From contig NC_068989.1 in NCBI RefSeq assembly GCF_001194135.2, positions 8,733,583-8,768,613 of the forward strand: a DNA stretch of 35,031 bases, written 5' to 3'. The translations under genes were made by a program, and so were the position numbers. The DNA is from Octopus bimaculoides (lineage: Eukaryota). How positions within the stretch are numbered: position 1 is the first letter of the stretch; each line of letters begins with the position of its first letter. Below are positions 13,415 through 24,222 of this stretch, one piece after another. Under the pieces are notes generated by a model, which saw only the letters and a program-made list of their open reading frames with translations, had not been told where the DNA came from and searched no databases.

Positions 13415-13883
13415 CATGGCACTCCGTCGGTTAGGACGACGAGGGTTCCAGTTGATCCGATCAAGAAAATAGCCTGCTCGTGAGATTAACGTGCAAGTGG
13501 CTGAGCACTCCACTGACGCGTGTACCCTTAACGTAGTTCTCGGGGAGATTCAGCGTGACACAGAAACAGTAAGAAAGAGTGGGAGAAAGTTGCGGTGAAA
13601 GAATACAACAGGGTTCAACCACCACCCCCTNNNNNNNNNNACACGTGTACCCTTAACATAGTTCTCGGGGAGATTCAGCGTGACACAGAAACAGTAAGAA
13701 AGAGCGGGAGAAAGTTGCGGTGAAAGAATACAACAGGGTTCAACCACCACCCCCTGCCCTAGCTTCGTGGAGCTTTAGGTGTTTTCGCTCAATAAACACT
13801 CACAATGCTCGGTCTGGGAATCGAAACCGCGATACTACGACCGCGCGTCCGCTGCTCTAACCACTGGGCCATTGCGCCTCCAC
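13415..13883 (-). mobile_element. tRNA-derived SINE with a distinct head and the family C 3' module (spans a 10-N gap with duplicated overlap)
   Basis: Minus strand head GTGGAGGCGCAATGGCCCAGTGGTTAG...GGTTTCGATTCCC. 13415-13562 is the reverse complement of ~5178-5330. Confidence 0.88.
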
Positions 13884-15048
13884 AGTTTCTGTGTAGTTGT
13901 TACAGATAAGAGTAATGCATTACATACTTTAATAAACATAGTCTTAGTTTCACGGTGTAAAATAAATAAAGTGGCTACACAACAGTTTTTATCACTCGCA
14001 GAGAAAGTAAAAGTGGGATCGAAACTGGTTAGTTTCTAGTCTTCTTAAATCTTCATCAGTGAAAGAATATCCAAAATGCTGACCTTTAATCTACAGAGAT
14101 ACTACTACTCAGCTGCGCTGATGTTTCTAATTATCATATGGGAAATATAAGCGTTTGCTTAATCAATACTTATCATTAATACGAAGAGATGTAGTTAGTG
14201 AGAAAAATGTTGAGCTCTGCAAAAGATGTGTAATTGGCATAAAATACTGGCCACCATAAAATATAAGATAGAAAATTATAAGAAATGAAACTTTTCAGTT
14301 TTTACTTTTCTGAATGACATTTCAAAACTGTATCTTACATTGATCGTAATTAAGCAGCCAATTCATGTTTTTCGTATTCATCTTGCTTAAAACCGTGACA
14401 TATTCTTGATATATTGCGTCCAACATTGAAATAGTTTGGCTCTAAATAAACCTTCCTAAATCTTCCCATATTTCGGTTGAGTGTTTTGTCGATAGATGGC
14501 GCCAAAGATCTTTCATAGAAAATTACACTTATTTGTATTTTTTTTTCTGGTTTCATAAAATGACGACTTGCAAAATTCTACTGACAGACATGTGTCTTGA
14601 AGGAATTTGGTTTTCCATTGGAATCTAACAGAGCGTTTTTTTTTTTAATATATATATAAATTGCGTTATGTATCATAGANNNNNNNNNNNNNNNNNNNNN
14701 NNNNNNNNNNNNNNNNNNNNNNNNNNNNNNNNNNNNNNNNNNNNNNNNNNNNNNNNNNNNNNNNNNNNNNNNNNNNNNNNNNNNNNNNNNNNNNNNNNNN
14801 NNNNNNNNNNNNNNNNNNNNNNNNNNNNNNNNNNNNNNNNNNNNNNNNNNNNNNNNNNNNNNNNNNNNNNNNNNNNNNNNNNNNNNNNNNNNNNNNNNNN
14901 NNNNNNNNNNNNNNNNNNNNNNNNNNNNNNNNNNNNNNNNNNNNNNNNNNNNNNNNNNNNNNNNNNNNNNNNNNNNNNNNNNNNNNNNNNNNNNNNNNNN
15001 NNNNNNNNNNNNNNNNNNNNNNNNNNNNNNNNNNNNNNNNNNNNNNNN

Positions 15049-15346
15049 GAAAGGATGACAGGTAAAGTCGCCCTTGGCGGAATTTGAATACTGAACGTAA
15101 CGGCGAACTAAATACCTATTTCTTTACTGCCCACAAGGGGCTACACACAGAGGGGACAAACAAGGACAGACAAACGGATTAAGTCGATTATATCGACCCC
15201 AGTGCGTAACTGGTACTTAATTTATCGACCCCGAAAGGATGAAGGGCAAAGTCGACCTCAGCGGAATTTGAACTCAGAACGCAGTGGCAGACGAAATACC
15301 GCTAAGCATTTCGCCCGGCGTGCTAACGATTCAGCCAGCTCGCTGA
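15049..15346 (-). mobile_element. family B SINE, with a partial second copy next to the gap
   Basis: GTCGATTATATCGACCCCAGTGCGTAACTGGTACTTAATTTATCGACCCCGAAAGGATGAAGGGCAAAGTCGACCTCAGCGGAATTTGAACTCAGAAC...GCTAACGATTCAGCCAGCTCGC; 15049-15100 repeats the GAAAGGATGA...GGCGGAATTTGAA part. Confidence 0.9.
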
Positions 15347-15842
15347 CTTATTATTCTTTGTTATATGGAAAAGAAACTTTTAGTTCGAGGAAAAATAAAG
15401 AGGTGCGATGTTCAGGACTTCAACGCAGTTGGTTTCGAGAATCGCAAGTATAAAATTTAAATTCCGTTTCAGGATTGGATCACTCTTAAACTTTATTTAA
15501 TATGTGTATTCATGAAAAATGGCTTCGCAGGCGATATTTGTGTTGAAATCAGATAGAGGTTTTTGTTCTTCTCCGTTTCACTGTCTCAGCATTATAATTA
15601 TCCATATCAAACTTAATCGTTCTAAATATATGTTTAAGATTATCAAGGCACAGATTAAACGTTTTTCGAAATATAAGGGAAATAACTTCTTTAACTCAGA
15701 ATCGAACCTGAGTCACTGGTTAACCAGCATCGATGCTACAATTTCAATGAGATAGTTAAGGGAAATCATTGTTCATTTTATGATGACTTATTTTGAATAA
15801 TTGAATATTAATGTAACTTAATAGCCTCATTAAATATGATAC

Positions 15843-15993
15843 CTGAACGTTTGGGGATTTTAAGAACTTTTCGCTTTCAAATATTCTATGGAGACTTGGA
15901 ATGTATTTGAGGATAAAATATGAGCTTTTACTGGTCGAAAATGAATTGTTTTGATCTTTGGCTGAAGTGATAATCATGTTATAGGAGAAAAGC
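15843..15993 (-). CDS. candidate internal coding exon of an unidentified gene (151 bp, phase 2-0)
   Basis: Acceptor GTTGTATTTTCAG|G, donor CAG|GTATCA, one open frame LFSYNMIITSAKDQNNSFSTSKSSYFILKYIPSLHRIFESEKFLKSPNVQ. Not recognised. Confidence 0.2.
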
Positions 15994-17043
15994 CTGAAAA
16001 TACAACACCCATTTTCACCTTTTCTAATATATAACAACATTATAATAAATCGAAAAGTTATATTATAATGATAAATATTTAGGATACTGATCAAAAAACG
16101 TGAAGCGATTTTAACAGGAATACTGACACTAACGACAAGGCGCAATATCATGTTTTAATTAAAAGGGGAATCATTTTAATTAACCAAAGATATACTCAAA
16201 GTCATTTGCTCTTAACGAATGACGAATTTAGAATCGAGTTGTTAAATGGGTGTTTTGTTTGTTTTTTTTACTTGCTTGAAGTCATTGACTCATCGTCGAA
16301 ATGTATCATTGATGTGTCTTTTTCATAAGTATTTCCATGGTCATTCCTCTAATGAACTTCCTGGTCTTCTGTCAAGACATTTAAACGTGTCACCCATTTC
16401 TTTTTGCAGGTAAATAGATTCCTTGTGTGATTCCATTTTTTTCTTCTAATAGCTTCTTTCTGAAAATGCTCTATTCTAGAACTCAATTCCATCGTCTTGA
16501 TTTTCATCGGAACTATGCTAACGAGTCCTTCAAGCTTTCTCTCATTCAACATCCCTGAATTCATATGCTCATCTTCCTACTTTTAGTCCCTTACGCTACA
16601 GTTTCCTTAAGGCATGCTGGAGGCAAAATCCTTAAAACATTATGAAGCTAACTTACTGTTTGTTCCGTTTGGCAATGAAGCAATTCTTGAGTGGAAATTT
16701 CTTGGGGAACTTTAATTTGTCAGCTACAACATAGAGTAAACTTGGTCTTCCTCAGTAAATCTCGAACTATATGTCATACACAACATATTTCAAGCTCTAT
16801 ATAATAATTTTTATACTTGCTGGCACGGTATTCAACTACACATAATTGTGTCTAGGGATTTGGTCTCTTAAAAAGAACTCACTGATTCAGAGACAACCTT
16901 TTATTTTCTGATATTGTAGGCATCCTGAACGAAGAATTAACCAGAAAGTTATCTGGGAACGCCTGTATTATATCAAACACCTTATGTCATGTAGCAATTT
17001 ACCTCCTACAAAAGTTCCAAGCTATAATACGACGCGTATACGT

Positions 17044-17073
17044 ATAGATAGATAGATAGATAGAGAGATAGAG

Positions 17074-17130
<57 letters not shown>

Positions 17131-17185
17131 TACACATATAAATACACATATATATACATATATACATTTATATCCATATATACAT

Positions 17186-17229
<44 letters not shown>

Positions 17230-17420
17230 TTATATATATATACATAAACATATATATACATACAAATATATAAAAATATATATATATATATATTCGTATG
17301 AATATGTATATGTATATTCATAGAAATATATATATTCATATGTATATATATTTGTATGTATATGCAGATATGAATCGTATGTACATGGGTGCGCAAACAC
17401 ACATATACACTATATACACA
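17044..17420. repeat. (GATA)n followed by a degenerate (TA)/(CATA) field
   Basis: Direct inspection. Confidence 0.93.
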
Positions 17421-17454
17421 CACTCGCGCACATAAAACCGTATAAAAAACGATC

Positions 17455-17586
17455 TGTGATGGCGTCGTCTGCTTTGATATGACATATCATGGGGCAACGT
17501 TCTGGACATGAAATACCGAGATATGATTTACCAGTTGAAGCGATATGGAAAAACTTGCAGAAACAAATTGATTTTCAACATCACAA
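17455..17586 (+). repeat. left arm of a ~130 bp inverted repeat
   Basis: Manual alignment with the reverse complement of 19349-19479 gives about 105/132 identities. Confidence 0.9.
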
Positions 17587-17818
17587 GTTTTGCATACACA
17601 CACACACACACAAACACGTATGCGCGTGTATATATACATTTGTGCGTGTGTTTGTGTGTACACAAATGTACATATATATATATATGCATACACACATGTA
17701 TATACATATGTATATTGTTTGTTTTTATGTCAAGTTATAATAAAAATGATTTAACATTAAAAAATCGTAATTGTTTGCATAGTATACAATAAACGATCTG
17801 TAGTGTATGTATATGTAT

Positions 17819-17856
<38 letters not shown>

Positions 17857-18044
17857 CATTAATTATTTACAAAATGGGTGACAGTCACTTCGAGGCTTCG
17901 GCGGCCTGTGCACAGTCTAACGAAGACTAGAAGGCTGAAACTTTGAAGTTATTGTCACTCATCTTCCTGTCAAAGTACAATAAATATATATCTATATACA
18001 CAAACACAAACATACATATGAATATATATAAACAGACATACATA

Positions 18045-18049
18045 CAGAT

Positions 18050-18108
<59 letters not shown>

Positions 18109-18170
18109 CACAGAAAAACAGACAAGCAGACACATACATACATGCATACAGACAGACAGACAGACAGACA
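18045..18170. repeat. (GATA)n-(GACA)n microsatellite
   Basis: Direct inspection. Confidence 0.95.
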
Positions 18171-18589
18171 TAGAAAATGGAGTGAACGACATTCTTTATT
18201 TCAAATCGCTACAATTGTTTCGACACATTTTGGTTTGGGTATTCAGTAGTATTGGTTAGAGTATTCTGTCTCACACTTACTGAAATGACAGCATGAACTA
18301 ACGAAGACTTATTTAAAGCAATCACCTGAAGAAGCGCATCTTACACCCTGAATGGATGATAATGATTACACAACATGTTAATTATATCATCTCACCTATG
18401 TACTACGAATGTAGAAATTTACTGAAACAATTGCAATGAGTATTTTAGCATGTTCGGGTCTCAATCTGAGGACATGTACCGAGAGTTATTAAAATCAACC
18501 ATCCAGTCAACATCGTGACAAGTTTCTCGAAGTCTCTCCAAGTAGAAGTCAGATATTGTTATTTCATGCCGCACTTATCTTTGTCCCAT

Positions 18590-18970
18590 CACGGTCTTTT
18601 CTTGTTCTCGAACTTTTGTAAGTTTGATCCTGGTCTTTCTTTCGCCTAGACCCTGTCCTTTCTTGGTATCAGCCTTTTCTTGGTGTAGTTTCTGAATTGC
18701 TCACTCTCGCTTCAATCTTTTCTTGATTTTGGACATTTCTTGGTTTGATTTCGTCTCGGTCTTTTCTTGGCTTTGACACAGTCTTTACGTTATTTTCGCC
18801 TTTGCTTGGTCTGTGCTTGATCTTAACATGGACTCGACCTCACTCTTTTCTTCATTTTGGTCTGATTTCAACCTCTTTTTGATCTGGTCTCAGTCTTTTC
18901 TTGATCTGGATTCTTTCTTTGCTTAGTATCGGTTTTTATTGATCACGTTTCTCTCCCTCTCCCTCTCTCC

Positions 18971-19001
<31 letters not shown>

Positions 19002-19260
19002 CTTATTGTCGGTCTTTTCTCGGTCTAGTTCGCCCTTCCTCTTTGTCTCATCTCAAACGTTTTATGATTTGGTCTCGGTCTTTTCTTGATCTCGTCTCGG
19101 GCTTTCCTTGGTTTCGAACATTTCTTGCTCTGGTCTGGTCACGTTTTTTCCTTGTCTGGAAACTGTCTTTTTGTCTGGTCTTCATCTTTATTAAGCCTGT
19201 GCTCGGTCTTGTCCCAGACTCTGTCTTTTTATGATGTCGGACTTTCCTCAGTCTCATTTT
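18590..19260. repeat. degenerate pyrimidine-rich array built on a GGTCTTTTCTTG motif, split by a (CT)n run
   Basis: Near-perfect copies at 18593, 18758, ~18892, 19011 and 19077, plus many degenerate ones. Confidence 0.75.
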
Positions 19261-19348
19261 TCTTTATCAATAATAAACACAACCGATGGCTTCAGATAGA
19301 TTTCAACTCTGATATCCCTTCACTATACTTTTACTCTCGATCTACATA

Positions 19349-19479
19349 TTATGATGTTGAAAATTAATTTACTTCAGAAACTTTCTCCATATCTCTCTAA
19401 ATGGAAATCATATATCGTTATTTCGTGTCTGCAAATTTACTGCATGATGTGTCATACCAAAGCAGACGATGCCATCACA
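19349..19479 (-). repeat. right arm of the ~130 bp inverted repeat
   Basis: The reverse complement matches 17455-17586; core TGTGATGGCRTCGTCTGCTTTGRTATGACAYATCATG is 34/37 identical. Confidence 0.9.
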
Positions 19480-19732
19480 AGCTCGTATTTATACAGTGTT
19501 GGCAGGAATTAGCATTGAAATTAGCTGATTATCTATGGTAATGGGAAGATTTGATACGTCTGTGAGTGTTAAGGTTCTCTTCTAAATATTTCAATTAGAA
19601 TTGCAAAGTGCAAATTCAATTTTCTGTTAAGCTGTTTATTGAATAGAAGTCCTGCACGACAATATGCCAATACAGACACACGTGGTGTACGCCTCATTCA
19701 CATACAGCTATTCACATGCACACTTGCACATA

Positions 19733-19734
<2 letters not shown>

Positions 19735-19805
<71 letters not shown>
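19735..19805. repeat. (CT)n microsatellite running into an assembly gap
   Basis: Direct inspection. Confidence 0.97.
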
Positions 19806-21519
19806 NNNNNNNNNNNNNNNNNNNNNNNNNNNNNNNNNNNNNNNNNNNNNNNNNNNNNNNNNNNNNNNNNNNNNNNNNNNNNNNNNNNNNNNNNNNNNNN
19901 NNNNNNNNNNNNNNNNNNNNNNNNNNNNNNNNNNNNNNNNNNNNNNNNNNNNNNNNNNNNNNNNNNNNNNNNNNNNNNNNNNNNNNNNNNNNNNNNNNNN
20001 NNNNNNNNNNNNNNNNNNNNNNNNNNNNNNNNNNTACACATATACAAACACATGCAGACACATAAACGCACACACAAACACACACACACACGAACACACA
20101 CAAACACACACACACACACACGCACGCACATATATACTTGCGCACATACCTATGCTCGTATAGATATACACATAGTACACAATCAGTGACAAAGCCAGAG
20201 ACAAACACTACCACGATACACACGCACACACATTCACACATGCATATGCAAACATCACTCTCACACACACACGCACACGCACACACACACACATACACAC
20301 ACATGCCCATGCAAGCATTTGCTCACTGCACACACGCTACTTGAGATTAACTTTGTGTACACTTCAGAACTGATAATCCAACGCAACAGCCTATGAAATC
20401 ACACTAAATATATTCAATTACAAATTGATTCCTTTTCTGACCTGAGATAGAAATGTAGATTATTTTTTACCAAATATCAGCGGCATTTAGACTTATTAGT
20501 AGTTGTAACTGTCGTTTATCTGGTCGTAATTTCATTACCACCGTCGAAGGGAATTACAATTTAGTATTTCATACTAAACTCTTTTTTTTTTGTTTTTTGT
20601 ACTATTTATTCAATGAAGTATTTCCGTTTTGTAATAGATTGAAGTAAATAACTTTACAGTTAGATATTTCGTAATCTATTCATTTCCATTGTTCATCTGT
20701 TTAGTAACCATAATAGTTAATGTGTAGAAAATCAATATAATGAGAAAGACTCTAAGTGGTTTTACGAGCTAAAATTAACCGCCAAAATCTCTCTGAAACT
20801 ACCCTCTATTTTATTTAAAAATTGCTGTGACCGATAATATAGTCTTCTTAAATGCCATATGTTTGAAATGAATAAACGGGGTGGTTGCAGCTGAAAAACT
20901 TTATATCATTGGTCTATTCCAGATATGGGTAACTTTTTCAAATAAGCTGCATTACTAAAATGTTAAAAAAAAAAACAAGCGACGCATACTCTGCGCGCAG
21001 ATAAGTGTTTTTCGTGAAAGCTTTAAAATACGAGTTGGAAAAGAAATCTGAATGTTATTTTAGGATGTTTGGAATTAGAATTAAAAGAAAATAACATAAA
21101 ATGATGATTTTTTTCTCCAATTTTTCTATGTGGAATCATGCGCGTTCGAAAAAATATTTTCTGTTTCAATAGTTTTACAGTGAAATGCTAAAATACGAGT
21201 TGATAAAAAAAATTAAAGGTTGTTTTTTGGAAAGTTCAACATACAATTTGCATATGAGTAAGATTTGTATATGACTAAATGAATGATTATTCAAATAATA
21301 ATCATGATTATGAAAAAGAAGGTGAACAAAATGAAATACTTAATGAAAATATTGCATAGAATTTGAGAAGTGTTTTGAACGTTTTTTCAACGACTGTAGT
21401 TCGTTGTAGGATATAAATAATATGACCACTTGCTTATCGGAAAATATGCCACATATTTTCCGGGGGCCCCTGAAAGATGTCTATTGCGCCTAACAGAAGT
21501 ACGGGATAATTCCCAGACC

Positions 21520-21700
21520 TGCGAAAAGTAATGAGTGTTGCTGTTGAGGAAAGGCCTGTAGAGAGGGTAATTTTTAACAAATTCAGGCCCCTAACTCTGC
21601 TAAATGCTAACTTGAAGACTTTTTGCTAAGGTGCTAGCAGAGGGATTGGCTCTTGTCGCTGACACTCTGGTTAAGGAGGCGCAGACATGCCTATCCACGA
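21520..21700 (+). mobile_element. decayed L1/Tx1-type non-LTR retrotransposon RT fragment
   Basis: KFRPLTLLNANLKT (21579), frameshift, AKVLAEGLALVADTLVKEAQTC; matches the L1/Tx1 RT motif NxRPIxLLNxDxKIxAKVLAxRLxxVxxxLIxxxQT. Preceded by VLLLRKG. Confidence 0.72.
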
Positions 21701-22804
21701 CAACGTCTCCCTTCTCACGCGAAGTTCGTGACACAATTTCAAATCCCATCGAGGACAATTTTACTGGGGGTTTTTTCTCCAGGGGCGAAATCATAATGAC
21801 CAATCATATCCCAGAAATCGATTACAACTTTGTCAGAAATATTTAGCCGTGTGCTAAAGTTTTGTATGATTATTTGTATTTGCTGGTAGCGGACATGGTA
21901 AAGTAAAAGACAAGTTTAACATGAATCGATAGCACAACACAGTATCGATTCTAGTCTGATGCAAATTCCATTCAGATACTCACATAGTATACACACATAA
22001 TGACATCCCTCACCGCTTTTATCGTCCCATCAATTACGCTGTGCTTCTCTTTGTGCATTCTCTTATAAAGTCTTTACTTAATCTTTCACACCTAGAACTT
22101 CTCAATTCTCGACCAAGCAAACCCGCTTTGTTTTACAACCAACTATTAACCTACAATTCAGATTAAACATTAATTACACAAAGCCGTCCACACGACGTAG
22201 AGTAGCTCATTATACTTTATATTTGACATACTTCGTCGTAGTGAAATCATCAAACACTGAATGACTATTTTTCAATTTCGCTGAGTAGTCAATTATCTCA
22301 ACTAAATAAAAGGCAATAGCCGGATCTATTGTCAGCGAAGACGTAAAGAACCCGACAGGATATTAATTGGCCTCAACCAGAATCAAAATGGAGTTTCTTT
22401 ATCATATGAAGAGGTAAATGTCTGCATGGCGTCAACGTTAAAATCGAATTATATTCAATTATGAATCAATAAGAAACTAATGGGCTGATTCTTTATGAAA
22501 GTAAAATCTTTCCTTCATGTGCACTTTCGAAAAAGGTCGAAGTGGAATCTGTCTTTCATCATAGTCCTGTGAAAGTTACAGAATTGTGTTGGTTTTTATA
22601 TACATATATACATCAGTGAAGCGCATGTGAATGATAATGCCATAGGAAGTAATTTTAGAGAAGCAAATTTTGTGAGAAAGTTATTTCGTAGATAAAGCTC
22701 TGAGTGTGTGTGTTGAACTGAGAAGGCAAAAGGAATCCGGAATTTCAGAGGAATGCTACCTATATGCAGATGCAATCATTAATAAGTACACATATGCACG
22801 CACG

Positions 22805-22895
22805 CAAACACACACACACACACACACACATCTGTACATACATACATACATACATACATACATACATACATACATACATACATACATACATACAT
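22805..22895. repeat. (CA)n-(CATA)n microsatellite
   Basis: Direct inspection. Confidence 0.95.
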
Positions 22896-23397
22896 AAAGT
22901 TGAAGATCAGTGTAAAAGAGAGCACCTATACTGAACTATTGAGAAACCTGCAGTTAGTCGTTCCAGACTACAACTTCAGGTTTATACCTGTAATTATTGG
23001 AGCCTGGGATATATAACACACTGCCTAAATACCAATCTTGAGAAATTAGGCTTCTGAAAACCAGAAAGAAGAAAGCTAATTCGAAGACTACAGATTCAAT
23101 TCATCACTGGAACTGTAGTTTACCATTTAAATATATATGAAGTTTATCATTTAAATAGATATGAGCATGTCTTGATATGCAACTATATACATGAGAATAC
23201 ATACATAAGACATACAAATTCACATATACATACATACATACATACATACAAAAATACTCTGTTGTTGATGTTGAAATTCCAATGAAGGAGCCTTGGATCT
23301 AGGTTAGGAACCGTCTCTTTCTCTATTGGCAAGAAATCTTGAAATAAACTGAATAATAACATACATACATACATACATACATACATACACACATACA
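22896..23397 (+). mobile_element. 5'-truncated RLE-type (R4/Dong-like) non-LTR retrotransposon 3' end with 3' UTR and (CATA)n tail
   Basis: LKISVKESTYTELLRNLQLVVPDYNFRFIPVIIGA, 1-nt frameshift, GYITHCLNTNLEKLGF*KPERRKLIRRLQIQFITGT. The KxxxYxxL...PVIIGALG...LxxLG...LQxxxIxGT pattern is the C-terminal part of the restriction-like endonuclease domain. Sequence continues to a (CATA)n run at ~23360-23397. Confidence 0.75.
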
Positions 23398-23721
23398 TAT
23401 GTATATAAATAGAGAAATACAGGTATGTAAAATGCGATACAACATAACTTCTTGAGTTACTAAAATGACCTCCTGTGCGTCATAATTATCAACTAACAAT
23501 TGAAAGAAGCTTCAAATGGAAAGAGGCGATAAGCTAATTAAATATAATTATAAACAAAGGCAAAAGAAAAAAAGATTTCTATGCCAGTATGCTGAGAGTA
23601 GACTTTAAATCGTCAGTCACCACATACGATATACATCACTATGAATACACGTCGTGCTGAAGAGGGGAAAATCCGTTGGATTAATGTGTGTATGTATGTA
23701 TTTGTGTATCTGTATTTGTCC

Positions 23722-23909
23722 CTCTACCATTGCCTGTCAACCGACGTTGGTGTGTTTACGTCCCCGTACCTTAGCGATTCGGCAAAAGAGACCGATAGGA
23801 TAAGTACTAGGCTTACAAAGAATAGGTCATGGGGGCGATTTGTTCGACTAAATGTGGTGTTCCAGCATGGCCTCATTCAGATGAGTGAAACAAATAAAAG
23901 AATAAAAGA
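23722..23909 (+). mobile_element. family A SINE 3' half
   Basis: GTTGGTGTGTTTACGTCCCCGTACCTTAGCGATTCGGCAAAAGAGACCGATAGGATAAGTACTAGGCTTACAAAG...CCAGCATGGCC; homologous to 30770-30888. Confidence 0.85.
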
Positions 23910-23937
23910 TTATATATATTTATATATCGTCAGTGGA

Positions 23938-23972
<35 letters not shown>

Positions 23973-24185
23973 NNNNNNNNNNNNNNNNNNNNNNNNNNNN
24001 NNNNNNNNNNNNNNNNNNNNNNNNNNNNNNNNNNNNNNNNNNNNNNNNNNNNNNNNNNNNNNNNNNNNNNNNNNNNNNNNNNNNNNNNNNNNNNNNNNNN
24101 NNNNNNNNNNNNNNNNNNNNNNNNNNNNNNNNNNNNNNNNNNNNNNNNNNNNNNNNNNNNNNNNNNNNNNNNNNNNNNNNNNNNN

Positions 24186-24222
<37 letters not shown>

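Noticed and set aside
16577-16640. LRYSFLKACWRQNP resembling a tyrosine kinase C-terminal CW motif
   Set aside because: A stop follows immediately, there is no RPxF motif, and no upstream kinase subdomains are found.
18281-18395. Minus-strand donor/acceptor set giving a 45-bp exon VIALNKSSLVHAVIS
   Set aside because: The upstream segment ends in an in-frame TAG at the donor, so a coding join fails; a non-coding exon cannot be excluded.
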